A stretch of 64,000 nt of DNA from contig CBDBDQ010000005.1 of NCBI GenBank assembly GCA_965203905.1, positions 736,001 to 800,000 of the forward strand, in the 5' to 3' direction. The notes below the pieces were generated by a model. The model had not been told where the DNA came from and did not search any database. It saw only the letters and a list, made by a program, of their open reading frames with translations. Positions 37,584-47,149 of the stretch are shown in pieces; position 1 is the first letter of the stretch, and every line of letters starts with the position of its first letter. The position numbers and the translations under genes are program-made. Source of the DNA: Spirochaetia bacterium. GTDB lineage: Bacteria; Spirochaetota; Spirochaetia; SZUA-6; Bin103.

Positions 37584-38570
37584 ATGACGAAATACATCGC
37601 GCGGCGGTTCGCCTACATGCTGGTGTTGCTGCTGTTGGTCAGCTTCGTGGCGTTCTTCCTGGTGCAGCTCCCGCCCGGCGACTACGTCACGACCTACATC
37701 AACGACAAGATCAACGATGGACAGCGGGTATCCGCCGCCGAAGTCGAAGCGCTGCGGGCGCTGTGGGGGCTCGACCGATCGTTCATGTTCCAGTACTGGA
37801 AGTGGATCGGCAACCTGGCACAGGGCGAGCTCGGCAGGTCGTTCGGCTATGGCCAGCAGGTGATCGACCTGCTCGAGGACCGGCTCGGGCTTACCGCGAT
37901 GGTGTCGATGGCGACGCTCATCATGACCTACCTGATCGCATTGCCGATCGGCATCTACTCGGCTACCCGCCAGTACTCGTGGGGCGACTACACCGCCTCG
38001 GTCGCCGGGTTCATCGGTATGGCTACGCCGAATTTCATCCTCGCATTGATCCTGATGCTGTTGTTCCATCGGCTGTTCGGACTGAGCGTCGGCGGTCTGC
38101 TGTCGCAGGAGTTTCAGGGCGAGCCGTGGAGCGTGGCCAAGCTGTGGGACCTGCTCAAGCATCTGCCGATACCGATTCTGGTCATCGGCACCGCCGGGAC
38201 CGCAGTCGTGGTCCGTACCTTGCGCGCTACGCTGCTGGACGAGTTGCGCAAACAGTACGTCATTACCGCCCGTTCGAAAGGGGTCGAGGAACGCAGGCTG
38301 GTGATGAAGTACCCGGTGCGAATCGCCATCAACCCAATGATCAGCAGCATGTCCGGAATCCTGGTCGGGATCGTGTCCGGTTCGACCATCACCGCGACAG
38401 TGCTGAATCTGCCCACCGTAGGGCCGCTCCTGCTCGACTCCCTGTTGAAGCAGGACGTCTATCTGTCGGGAGCGATCATCATGTTTCAGGGCCTCATGGT
38501 GCTGCTCGGCACCTTTCTCTCGGACATGCTGTTGATTGCGGTGGACCCGCGCATCAAGTTCGAGGACTAG
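37584..38570 (+). CDS. ABC permease (DppB-like)
   Basis: QLPPGDY, LLDELRKQYVITARSKG and VDPRIK motifs. Confidence 0.95.
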   Translation: MTKYIARRFAYMLVLLLLVSFVAFFLVQLPPGDYVTTYINDKINDGQRVSAAEVEALRALWGLDRSFMFQYWKWIGNLAQGELGRSFGYGQQVIDLLEDRLGLTAMVSMATLIMTYLIALPIGIYSATRQYSWGDYTASVAGFIGMATPNFILALILMLLFHRLFGLSVGGLLSQEFQGEPWSVAKLWDLLKHLPIPILVIGTAGTAVVVRTLRATLLDELRKQYVITARSKGVEERRLVMKYPVRIAINPMISSMSGILVGIVSGSTITATVLNLPTVGPLLLDSLLKQDVYLSGAIIMFQGLMVLLGTFLSDMLLIAVDPRIKFED

Positions 38571-38655
38571 TACGCAATGCCACTACGTGACGCCAGAGAC
38601 CATGAAAACGGTCGCACCTGTTTCGTCTGCTGGACATGGTTTTCGGACTAGGCAG

Positions 38656-39783
38656 ATGACAACGGCCAGGGACCCGGAGCAACTCGCCGAAGCTTACTAT
38701 ACGGCCACGCAGTGGGAACTGATGTGGAGCAAGTTCCTGAAGCACAAGCTGGCCCGGTTCAGCGGCGTGTTGCTCCTCATCCTGTACACCGGCGGCATCT
38801 TCTGCGAGTTCATCGCGCCCTATCACACGCTGACCAGACGCGACAAGCTGTACATGGCGCCGCAACCCGTGCGCTTTCAGGACGCTTCCGGTTGGCGTCC
38901 GTTCAGACCTTTCGTGTACGGATCGGAGACCGTGCTCGATCCGGACACCTTCACCTGGCGGCATCGGGAGGACACCAGCCGGCAGTACCCGGTCCGGCTC
39001 TGGGTGCACGCCGACGAGTACAAGTTCTGGGGGCTGTTCAAGACCGACGTGCATCTGTTCGGGGTCGACCTGCGAGGTACCGACGGGCTTGGCACGCTGC
39101 ACCTCCTCGGCACCGACAAGTTGGGCCGGGATCTGCTGTCCCGGATCATCTACGGCTCGCGGATTTCCCTCTCAATCGGGCTGATCGGCGTGTTGCTCAG
39201 CTTTCTGCTCGGCCTGTTGCTGGGCGGAATCGCCGGCTTCTTCGGCGGCCGGGTCGACATGGTGGTGTCGCGTATCATCGAATTCCTGCAGTCGCTGCCC
39301 ACCATTCCGCTGTGGATGGCGCTGGCCGCCGCGTTGCCGCCACGCTGGTCGCCGATCGCCGTCTATGCCGGGATAACCGTGATCCTGTCGATCGTGGGAT
39401 GGACCGGCTTGGCACGCGTGGTGCGTGGCAAGTTCCTGGAACTGCGTGAGCAGGATTACGTGCTGGCCGCGAAGACCTCGGGAGCGAGCACCATGACGAT
39501 CATTCGCCGCCACTTGATGCCCTCGTTTCTCAGCTACCTGATCGTCAACCTCACGCTTTCGATTCCCTCCATGATTCTGGGCGAGACCAGCCTGAGTTAT
39601 CTGGGCCTCGGACTGCGCGCGCCGATCGTGAGCTGGGGAGTGCTTCTGGAGCAGGCGCAGAACTTCAGCGTGGTGGCGCTCTATCCGTGGCTGATGATCC
39701 CGGCCGCGTTCGTGATCGTGGCCGTGTTGGCGTTCAATTTCCTCGGCGACGGTCTGCGCGACGCCGCCGACCCCTACAAGTAG
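38656..39783 (+). CDS. ABC permease (DppC-like)
   Basis: QWELMWSKF, LLGTDKLGRD and FNFLGDGLRDAADPY; start could be 38602. Confidence 0.93.
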   Translation: MTTARDPEQLAEAYYTATQWELMWSKFLKHKLARFSGVLLLILYTGGIFCEFIAPYHTLTRRDKLYMAPQPVRFQDASGWRPFRPFVYGSETVLDPDTFTWRHREDTSRQYPVRLWVHADEYKFWGLFKTDVHLFGVDLRGTDGLGTLHLLGTDKLGRDLLSRIIYGSRISLSIGLIGVLLSFLLGLLLGGIAGFFGGRVDMVVSRIIEFLQSLPTIPLWMALAAALPPRWSPIAVYAGITVILSIVGWTGLARVVRGKFLELREQDYVLAAKTSGASTMTIIRRHLMPSFLSYLIVNLTLSIPSMILGETSLSYLGLGLRAPIVSWGVLLEQAQNFSVVALYPWLMIPAAFVIVAVLAFNFLGDGLRDAADPYK

Positions 39784-39792
39784 CGGGAAGGG

Positions 39793-41196
39793 CTATTCGC
39801 GATCGCAGAAGATCGGGTTTGTCAGCGCCAGCATGGCGCCATCGCGGGCGCGCAGCTCCACGACGTACCAGCGCGCCGCCGCGTTGCCGGGAACGGACCA
39901 CTTGCGCCGGCCGGTGGCGGCGACCGGGAACGTTTCCCGCGGCCTGCCGTCGGCAATGAGGCGCAGCCTGGCGGCTTCCGGTACGCCGTCCCAGGCCGCC
40001 ACGAGGGTGGCTTCCGCCGAGCGCTCGGCGATGGCCAGGGAGTCGCCCATCATGGCCTGCCGTCCCGCCTCGCGGCGCGCCGTAAGGCTGAGCTTCGGAC
40101 CCGCGCTGAGGTAGAGGCAGCCCGCTGCCACGGCACGCAGGATGGCGGCCTCGGAGAGCTGGTCGGCGTACACCGTGCCGAACCCGGTGCCGGGGCTCTG
40201 ATATTGCCGGCCCGGACCGTGCACGTCGGTCCCGGCGGTAGCGACCACTCGGTGGCCGTCGTTGAGCCACCCGTACCACAATTGCAGCGCCGCTTCGTTC
40301 CGGTCGCGTTCCCGGTCGCCGCCGAACCACTCGCCGTTCCACACCTCCACCAGCCTCGCTGTCCCCGGCATCATTGCAGGATAGCACCAGCGGCAGCCGG
40401 TGCAGTGCGGATCGCCCTGCGTTCGGGGGTGGGCGATCACGTACAGTTCGCCGGCGGCGCCGATCCGCCGGGCCAGGGCCGCCATCTCCGGCCCCCTCCG
40501 TGTCACCCGCCAGTCATGCCACGCGTGGCCGCCCAGGCACAGGGCATGCCCCCAGAAGGTGGTGAGTTCCTGGCCACCCATGGTCAGCAGGCCGTCGCCC
40601 GAGTGCCGGGCCATCGCCGGCAGGCCGCTGGTGGTGTTGTGATCGGTCAGGGTGACGAAATCGAGCCCCCTGCTGCGCGCGGCGGCCACCAGCTCGGCCA
40701 CTTCCCAGGCACCGTCGGAATGCACGGTATGAGCATGCAGATCCCCCCGGTACCACCCCGCCCGGCGGTCGATGATCCGCTCGAACCGGGGCGCCGGCGG
40801 CATCGCAGCCGCGGATGGCGGCGCAACGTCGTGGTCGAACACTACCGCGAGCTCGTAGCGGCACGTTGCCCCCGGCATGACCATGTGGGTGTCCAGTTGC
40901 ACGACCCACTGACCGGCCGGCAGGGGCCCCGGCAAGAAGCCCGGCGTCGCCGCATCGCGGCTCATCTCGACGACGTGCCGATTGCCATGCCGGTGACCGG
41001 CACCGCGAAATCCGGCCGGGTCGAACAGGGTGAGACAGATCATGTTGCGATGGCCGGCTACCACCGCGGGGTCGAAACGGAGTTCGACCCTGACCCGGCT
41101 GGCAGGCGCCGGGACCTGGACCACGTGCGGGAGGTGGCGTTTTACGTCCGCCTCGGTCAGGAGGCCGCGAAAGCGTTCTTCAGTTGGGTCCCGCAT
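39793..41196 (-). CDS. CehA/McbA-like PHP-domain metallohydrolase
   Basis: WYRGDLHAHTVHSDG, LTDHN, IAHP and GTDVH motifs. Confidence 0.85.
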   Translation of the reverse strand: MRDPTEERFRGLLTEADVKRHLPHVVQVPAPASRVRVELRFDPAVVAGHRNMICLTLFDPAGFRGAGHRHGNRHVVEMSRDAATPGFLPGPLPAGQWVVQLDTHMVMPGATCRYELAVVFDHDVAPPSAAAMPPAPRFERIIDRRAGWYRGDLHAHTVHSDGAWEVAELVAAARSRGLDFVTLTDHNTTSGLPAMARHSGDGLLTMGGQELTTFWGHALCLGGHAWHDWRVTRRGPEMAALARRIGAAGELYVIAHPRTQGDPHCTGCRWCYPAMMPGTARLVEVWNGEWFGGDRERDRNEAALQLWYGWLNDGHRVVATAGTDVHGPGRQYQSPGTGFGTVYADQLSEAAILRAVAAGCLYLSAGPKLSLTARREAGRQAMMGDSLAIAERSAEATLVAAWDGVPEAARLRLIADGRPRETFPVAATGRRKWSVPGNAAARWYVVELRARDGAMLALTNPIFCDRE

Positions 41197-42037
41197 AGTC
41201 GTACGGGGCGTTGCCGGCCAGGTGGTCCTTCGGGTCGGCCACCAGGGGAATCGCGTTTTCGATGGCGCAGCCGGCGAACACCGGCGCACACTCCTGCGCC
41301 AGTTGGAAGCGTCCGTGGCGCCGATACCAGGCCACGTTGTGGATCATGGCGATCATGAACCGGGGCGCAGCGCTGCGGTTGGGCGTGCCGCGATGCCACA
41401 GCCGCATGTCCCGAATCAGCACCGCCCCCTTGCGGGTAAACCCGCGGACCGGCCCACGCACCGCTCGCCGCGCGGCGACCTGTTCCTCCGGCACCCGGAT
41501 GTTGTTGCCGATCACCATGCGCGGGTCGAGGTGCGTACCCGGCCACAGCTCGATGGCGCCGTTCTCGTCCGTGGTCTCGCTCAAGGCGATGTTCACCACC
41601 AGCCGCGCCGGCGGATGCGCCGCGCCCAGGTTCGGCCAGAGCTGCCCCTCGTCGACGTGCACCGGCTGCAACCGGCTGCCGGGAAGATTGGTGTTGCCGG
41701 TCAGGCATTCGTTGAACGCCCCGCTGCCGAGCAGCGCGCGGGTTACCTGGCACACGAACGGGTTGGCTACCACGTCGCGAAACACCAGGTCGGCATCCGG
41801 CGGCGGGTTCTGCTGGATGTTGCCCCACACGAAGTTGTGCGGCACCACCGGCAGGGCGCGGATCTTCACCAGGTCCTCGCTCATCCGCTCCTGCAGCCGG
41901 TCGAGGTGACTGTGGTCGACCACGTCGTCAATCACCACCAACCCGTCTTCCTGCAGTGCCGTCACCGCCCGCTGCAGCGCGGCTCCGCCGAACCGCTCGG
42001 CGACGCGCTCCGGCGCCGTCGGAGTAACCTCGATCAT
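41180..42037 (-). CDS. PhyH-family dioxygenase
   Basis: QPVHVD, ENGAIELWPGTH and LWHRGTPN motifs. Confidence 0.9.
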   Translation of the reverse strand: MIEVTPTAPERVAERFGGAALQRAVTALQEDGLVVIDDVVDHSHLDRLQERMSEDLVKIRALPVVPHNFVWGNIQQNPPPDADLVFRDVVANPFVCQVTRALLGSGAFNECLTGNTNLPGSRLQPVHVDEGQLWPNLGAAHPPARLVVNIALSETTDENGAIELWPGTHLDPRMVIGNNIRVPEEQVAARRAVRGPVRGFTRKGAVLIRDMRLWHRGTPNRSAAPRFMIAMIHNVAWYRRHGRFQLAQECAPVFAGCAIENAIPLVADPKDHLAGNAPYDYAGPN

Positions 42038-42117
42038 CGCGATTGCCGAGTATAAGGCGCGCCGCCCCGCCGGGCTATGCAACGCACGGGGGATGTGACA
42101 AGGTGGCGCCGCTACCG

Positions 42118-42996
42118 ATGCTGGTCGAGTTTCAATGCAAGCAGATGGAGTTCCCGAGCGCGCGGTTCGGCTACCTGCGCGACAGCACCGAGGCGCTGGA
42201 CGACGTCGGCGAGTTGCGCCGCCGCATCGCCGCGGACGGCTACCTGTTGCTGCGCGGGCTGATCGACCGCGACGCGGTCCTGGAGGCGCGCCGCGCCGTG
42301 CTGGAGCACCTGCAGGGGCAGGAGGCGCTGGTCGCGGGCACGCCGCTCATGGAGGGCGTGATGCCGCGCGCCGGCAGGAGCGTCGGCGTCGGCCGCACCG
42401 CCCACCGCCCCGAAGTGCTGCGGGTGCTCGAAGGACCGGAGCTGCAGTCGTTCTATCGCCGCTTCTACGGCGAGGAACCGGCGACCTACGACCACAAGTG
42501 GCTGCGCGCGGTGGGCAACGAGAAGTTCACCGGCTCGCACATGGACGTGGTGTACATGGGCCGCGGCAGCGAGCGCGTGAACACGGTGTGGATCCCGTTC
42601 GGGGACATCCCGATCGCGCAGGGGACGCTGGTCGTGTGCGAGGCATCGCACCGCCTCGACAGCTTCGCCCGGATGCGCGCGACCTACGGCAGGTCCGACG
42701 TGGACCGCGACCGCACCGAGGGCTGGTTCAGCGAAGATCCTGAAGAAATCCGGGACCGCTTCGGCGGCCGCTGGCTCACCGCCGACGTGCGCGCCGGCGA
42801 CATCATCACCTTCGGCCTCTATACCCTGCACGGCTCGACCAACAACACCACCAACCGCTTCCGCCTCAGTTGCGACGTGCGTTTCCAGCCCGCGTCCGAG
42901 CCGATGGACGAACGCTGGAGTGGCGCCGGTGCCGCCGGCCACTACGCGAGCGCGGCCATTCCCATGGCCGAGTCCCGCAAGCGCTGGGGTCTGTAG
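42118..42996 (+). CDS. PhyH-family dioxygenase
   Basis: SHMDVVY and LHGSTNN...RLSCDVRFQP. Confidence 0.9.
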   Translation: MLVEFQCKQMEFPSARFGYLRDSTEALDDVGELRRRIAADGYLLLRGLIDRDAVLEARRAVLEHLQGQEALVAGTPLMEGVMPRAGRSVGVGRTAHRPEVLRVLEGPELQSFYRRFYGEEPATYDHKWLRAVGNEKFTGSHMDVVYMGRGSERVNTVWIPFGDIPIAQGTLVVCEASHRLDSFARMRATYGRSDVDRDRTEGWFSEDPEEIRDRFGGRWLTADVRAGDIITFGLYTLHGSTNNTTNRFRLSCDVRFQPASEPMDERWSGAGAAGHYASAAIPMAESRKRWGL

Positions 42997-43003
42997 CCGG
43001 GAC

Positions 43004-45301
43004 TTACGAAGACGCGAACGCGCGCAGGACGTTTTCCGTGATCCGCGACACGTTGTTGGCGTAGCCGTTCCACGACAGCGCGCCGCGCCAGCAGATGGCG
43101 CCGGCGGAGAACACCGCGCCGCCGCTGGGATACTCCAGGTAGGCGATGTCGGCACGCACGAAGCGGTGCGGGCGGCCGGGGTGCTGCGGGTCGTCGGGAC
43201 GCGCACCGTCGCGCCCGGAGGTGAACCACAGCCGTTCGTCGACCATGGGGTTGGCGAGCCGCGAGTCGAAGCCCACCGACGAGGCCAGCACCAGGGTGCC
43301 GGGCGGCGAGCCGAGCTCGGCCTCCACGCGGTCGAACTCGTAGCCGGCGGCGCCGTGGCGCACCTGCAGGTTGGGGAAGTCGCCGATCAACTCGTCGTCG
43401 CCGATCCCCGCGAAGATGAAGGCGACGCGCGGGTCGCGGCTGTCCGGCTGGCGCTGAAACGGGACGCCGGGGCCGAATTCGGCGCCGGCGGTGCCCACGC
43501 CCACCAGCCGGTTGGGCGCCCGGCCGCGGTTGCGCCAGATCCCGCCCGGTTCGCCGGTGGTGCTGTGGTAGCGCTCGGCCGGGTGCACCTCGAACGGCCA
43601 GCTCGTGCCCCAGCGCCGCACCTCCATCACGTGCGGCCGCGCCGGGTCGACGCTGGCGACGCCGAACAGGCCGTTGCCCGCCAAGTACATGAGGCGGCCG
43701 CCGCCGCCCAGGTACTGCTCCAGCGCATCGAGCATCCGTCCGGTCCAGTACTCGTGATGGGAGCTGGAGATCACCACCCGGTAGCGGGCCAGCAGCTCGG
43801 CACCCTCGGCGTGCAGGTCGTGGTCGGTCAGGTAGTCCACCTCGATCCCCTTGGCGTCGAGCCAGTCCACCAGGTAGAGGTCGGCCGGAAACCGCGTCGG
43901 CGCCGCCATGGTGCGGTAGCGGAACTTGGGGCGCATGGTGAGGTTCGGCTTGAGCATGGAGCCGTAGATCACGCCCGATCCGTCCAGGTGCAGGTCGTAC
44001 AGCCCGTAGAGCGCGTTTTCGTCGATGTAGCGGTACCGGTCGCGCGACAGCGACGGGTCGGCGAACGGCGCGTTGGAGGGCCAGGCGCCGGTCGCACCCT
44101 CGCGCCACGCCCCCACCCCGAGATCGGTGAAGTTGGCATAGCACTGGTAGGTGAGGGTCGACATCAGCACCGCGACCGGGGCGCGCCTGCGGCCCCGCGG
44201 CGGGCGAACCACGAACGGCAGGTATTCCTCGTGCTCACCATCGTCGGTCCGCAGCCAGGCTGCATAGACGCCGCTCGGCAGGTCGTGCGGGATACGCAGC
44301 GAGAAGTCGACCGCCCAGCCGGCGTCCTCCAGGTCGTCGCGATGGAAGTGAATCGCACCGTACCGCTCCGGCGCCAGCCGGAAACAGGTCGCCTCGCCGC
44401 CAAAGTTGTGGCCGGTCACCGCCCGCGCCGGCAGGTTGACCAGGCGCCCGTGCCTGCCGTTCCTGGAAACGTCGCAGGCGCGGTCGCCGGCCACGTCGCG
44501 GGAGAAGTCCCATGCCCCGACCAGCCCGGTCCCGCCTCCCGGCGCGGTGTTGTCGTCCGGCGCGGCCGCCCACGCCTGGAGTTGCGCGCCGGAGACCGTG
44601 CCCGCGAGCAGCCGGGGCCGGTCGATACGGCCGTCGAGGTGACACACCGTGGCGCCCGCGGCGTCGCACGCGGCGGCCAGCAGCAGAGGCGTATCCGCTG
44701 GCGGCAGCAGCCCGTCGGCGGTGACCGCCGCCTCCACCGGCGCATCATCGGGCCATGCCCGCACCGGCCGGCGCCACGCCGCGCCCGAAACGGCGGGACC
44801 GCCACCGCCCCGGCCATCACCAGGCTCGCCGGCCTGCAGCGACAGGGCCACCAGGTACCACTGCCAGCGCCGCATCGGACCGAGCCGGGCAACCACCCCA
44901 TCCGCGCCGATCACCTGCAGCTCGCCCCGCGCGGAGAGCGCCAGCGCCCAGCCGGCGCCGTCCAACGGCCGGCCCTGGCTGGCGATCACCTGGACCACAC
45001 CGGCCAGGGGGTTGGTCGCCTGCACGAAGGCGCAGAACGTCAGCGCCCGCGACAGGTGGACCCCGTCCAACGCCGCCTCGAACCAGGAGCCGCCGTGGAT
45101 CGACTCCCGCTTGCCCGGCCGGGAGCCGTCGATGGCGGAGGGCACCGGTCGCTGCTTGAAGCCGGGACCCTCCGGGTTGGTGTCGCCGTGGATGAGCTGC
45201 ACCAGGCGCACGTCGTAGCGTGGCCGCTCGCAGCTCACCATGAAGCGGATCTCCTCGCCGGGGGCGGCGCTGAGCCGGTCGGTGTAGCCGACGATGGTCA
45301 T
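43004..45301 (-). CDS. N,N-dimethylformamidase large-subunit-like protein with LamG-like insert
   Basis: GYTDRLSAAPGE, AIHFHRDDLEDAGW, TYQCYAN, GLYDLHLDGSG, HHEYWT, YLAGNG and AAGYEFD motifs. Confidence 0.88.
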   Translation of the reverse strand: MTIVGYTDRLSAAPGEEIRFMVSCERPRYDVRLVQLIHGDTNPEGPGFKQRPVPSAIDGSRPGKRESIHGGSWFEAALDGVHLSRALTFCAFVQATNPLAGVVQVIASQGRPLDGAGWALALSARGELQVIGADGVVARLGPMRRWQWYLVALSLQAGEPGDGRGGGGPAVSGAAWRRPVRAWPDDAPVEAAVTADGLLPPADTPLLLAAACDAAGATVCHLDGRIDRPRLLAGTVSGAQLQAWAAAPDDNTAPGGGTGLVGAWDFSRDVAGDRACDVSRNGRHGRLVNLPARAVTGHNFGGEATCFRLAPERYGAIHFHRDDLEDAGWAVDFSLRIPHDLPSGVYAAWLRTDDGEHEEYLPFVVRPPRGRRRAPVAVLMSTLTYQCYANFTDLGVGAWREGATGAWPSNAPFADPSLSRDRYRYIDENALYGLYDLHLDGSGVIYGSMLKPNLTMRPKFRYRTMAAPTRFPADLYLVDWLDAKGIEVDYLTDHDLHAEGAELLARYRVVISSSHHEYWTGRMLDALEQYLGGGGRLMYLAGNGLFGVASVDPARPHVMEVRRWGTSWPFEVHPAERYHSTTGEPGGIWRNRGRAPNRLVGVGTAGAEFGPGVPFQRQPDSRDPRVAFIFAGIGDDELIGDFPNLQVRHGAAGYEFDRVEAELGSPPGTLVLASSVGFDSRLANPMVDERLWFTSGRDGARPDDPQHPGRPHRFVRADIAYLEYPSGGAVFSAGAICWRGALSWNGYANNVSRITENVLRAFASS

Positions 45302-46539
45302 CGATTCTCACCGCGTGCGCCCCGCCGGACCGCCGCGTCCAGCGCTTCCAGAAAGCCGAGGGCGCTGTCGCCGGTGCGGGACGGATGCACCGAGAGCCGG
45401 ATGAACGGCATGCCGCGCAGCTCGCCATAGCTCTGGCCCCAGCCGTCCGCGGCCAGGCGCCTATGCACGTCCTCCAGGTCGACGGCCTGCGAGGTGAAGG
45501 CGATCACCGAGACCGCCGGCGCGGCCAGCAAGTTGAGACCGGGGATGTCGGCGATACCGGCCGCCAGCGTCCGCACCAGCTCCATCAGGTGCGCGGTGGA
45601 GCGGCGATACCCGGCCCGGCCGAGGTGCTTCATCACCGCCCAGGCGGCGGCCGCGCGACTGCCCGGCTTGGTGGACGAGGTGGTGTGGATCAGGGTCTCC
45701 TCGGTGGGGATGGCGTCGAACAGGGCCGGCTCACGGGCGATGAAGAAGCCGGTGGCGATCGGCATCAGGCCCAGCTTGTGGCCGTCGGTCATCATCGAGG
45801 TCACGCCGGGCAGGGCGAAGTCGTACGGCTCGACGCGATGGCCGAGATCGCGCTTGAACGGCAGCATGAAGCCGCCGAACGCGGCATCGACGTGCAGCCA
45901 CAGCCCTTTGCGCTGCGCCAGGTCGGCGAACGCCTCCACCGGCTCCAGGGTGCCGAGGCCACCCGCCGGGGCCGAGCACACCAGGCCCACGGTGCGCGGC
46001 GTGAGCGCCCGCTCGACCGCCTCGATGCGCGGCACGAAGCGGTGTCGGTCCACCTCCACCTCGACCAGTCCGATTCGCATCAGCTCGGCCCCCAGGCGGA
46101 AGCTGAAGTGCATGGTGACCGGCGCCACGATCTCCGGCTCCGCCTGCCCGCCGTGGCAGCGTGCCAGCCGCAGCGCCGCCAGATTCGACTCGGTTCCGCC
46201 GCTGGTGATGAACCCCGCCCCCTCCGGCGCGCCCAGCAGCGACGCCACCATGCGCACCGCCTCGCGCTCCAGCGCCAGCGTGCCGGGTTGCTGCTCCGCC
46301 GCCCACTCCACGAACCAGGTGCTTCTCGTCACCTCCTCGAGCTGGTGGGTGATCGGGTGTGGAATGCCGGAGTAGGAGTTGCCGAAGTCTCTGTCGATAT
46401 CGAACGGATTTTCGCCGAGCCGCTGGCGGATGGCGCCGAGCACCGCGGTCTCCGGCGCGCCGGCGTCCGGAAACGGCGTCACCGGCGCGGTGACCATCGG
46501 CGCCCTGCCGGCCGGCCGGTCGAACTCCGACGCAATCAC
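45298..46539 (-). CDS. Group II PLP-dependent decarboxylase (MfnA/GAD-like)
   Basis: ITSGGTESN, LHVDAAFGG and DGHK (PLP lysine); start uncertain (46497 or 46539). Confidence 0.85.
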   Translation of the reverse strand: MIASEFDRPAGRAPMVTAPVTPFPDAGAPETAVLGAIRQRLGENPFDIDRDFGNSYSGIPHPITHQLEEVTRSTWFVEWAAEQQPGTLALEREAVRMVASLLGAPEGAGFITSGGTESNLAALRLARCHGGQAEPEIVAPVTMHFSFRLGAELMRIGLVEVEVDRHRFVPRIEAVERALTPRTVGLVCSAPAGGLGTLEPVEAFADLAQRKGLWLHVDAAFGGFMLPFKRDLGHRVEPYDFALPGVTSMMTDGHKLGLMPIATGFFIAREPALFDAIPTEETLIHTTSSTKPGSRAAAAWAVMKHLGRAGYRRSTAHLMELVRTLAAGIADIPGLNLLAAPAVSVIAFTSQAVDLEDVHRRLAADGWGQSYGELRGMPFIRLSVHPSRTGDSALGFLEALDAAVRRGARGENR

Positions 46540-46550
46540 CGGTCAATCCG

Positions 46551-46886
46551 TCAGTCTGCCAAACCGAGGCAGAATGCAAGTGCTCGATTGAGCCGCGCCA
46601 CGTCCTGCCGATCCAGTTGGCCGATCCGGGCCCCGATTCTCTCTCGTCGAACGGCCACCGGCTTGTCTGCCATGATCTGTGACGGTATCCGGAGACCGTT
46701 CAGCATCGACGGATCGATGGTTACCCGAAAGTCCGGTGCGTCATTCAGCGTCGAGGTCATCTGACACACGACGACCGACGCATGCTCCACGGGAAACACG
46801 TCGCTTTGCACGACCACGGCCGCACGCGGCTTGCCACAGTCTCCGGAGGCCGCGACCGTCACTACGTCACCGCGCCTGATCCTCAT
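46551..46886 (-). CDS. mazF: PemK/MazF-family toxin
   Basis: RRGDVVTV, GKPRAAVVVQSD and NGLRIPSQIMADK motifs. Confidence 0.9.
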   Translation of the reverse strand: MRIRRGDVVTVAASGDCGKPRAAVVVQSDVFPVEHASVVVCQMTSTLNDAPDFRVTIDPSMLNGLRIPSQIMADKPVAVRRERIGARIGQLDRQDVARLNRALAFCLGLAD

Positions 46887-47082
46887 CGAAATCCGCGACT
46901 GCCTCGATCCCCGCAAGCGCATCGGATTCGCTGGAAGAACTGAGTCGCGCGACAGACCGCGCTACTCGTGCCCGTACCTGTGCCACACGGGCATCCGGGA
47001 CCGTTACTCTGATCTCGCGTTCGGCGCGTGCCCGGCGGCGGTTGCGCAGCGCCCGCATCCGCTCTGCGGCAGATTGAGACAT
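46867..47082 (-). CDS. MazE-like (DUF3018-type) antitoxin
   Basis: Small protein, basic N-terminus (AERMRALRNRRR, VPDAR) and acidic C-terminus; overlaps the toxin start. Confidence 0.75.
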   Translation of the reverse strand: MSQSAAERMRALRNRRRARAEREIRVTVPDARVAQVRARVARSVARLSSSSESDALAGIEAVADFDEDQAR

Positions 47083-47108
47083 AGGCCGACTCCTCCTAGC
47101 ACCCTAAT

Positions 47109-47120
47109 GTAACGCGTTAC
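47109..47120. promoter_or_regulatory. Palindromic operator candidate of the mazEF-like pair
   Basis: Perfect 12-bp palindrome GTAACGCGTTAC, 26 nt upstream of the antitoxin ATG. Confidence 0.55.
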
Positions 47121-47149
47121 GCGCTGCTCCGACAAGCGTGCGCGCTCGA

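Noticed and set aside
45298-46539. Specific call as sphingosine-1-phosphate lyase or tyrosine decarboxylase
   Set aside because: The visible motifs are shared across group II decarboxylases; substrate cannot be assigned
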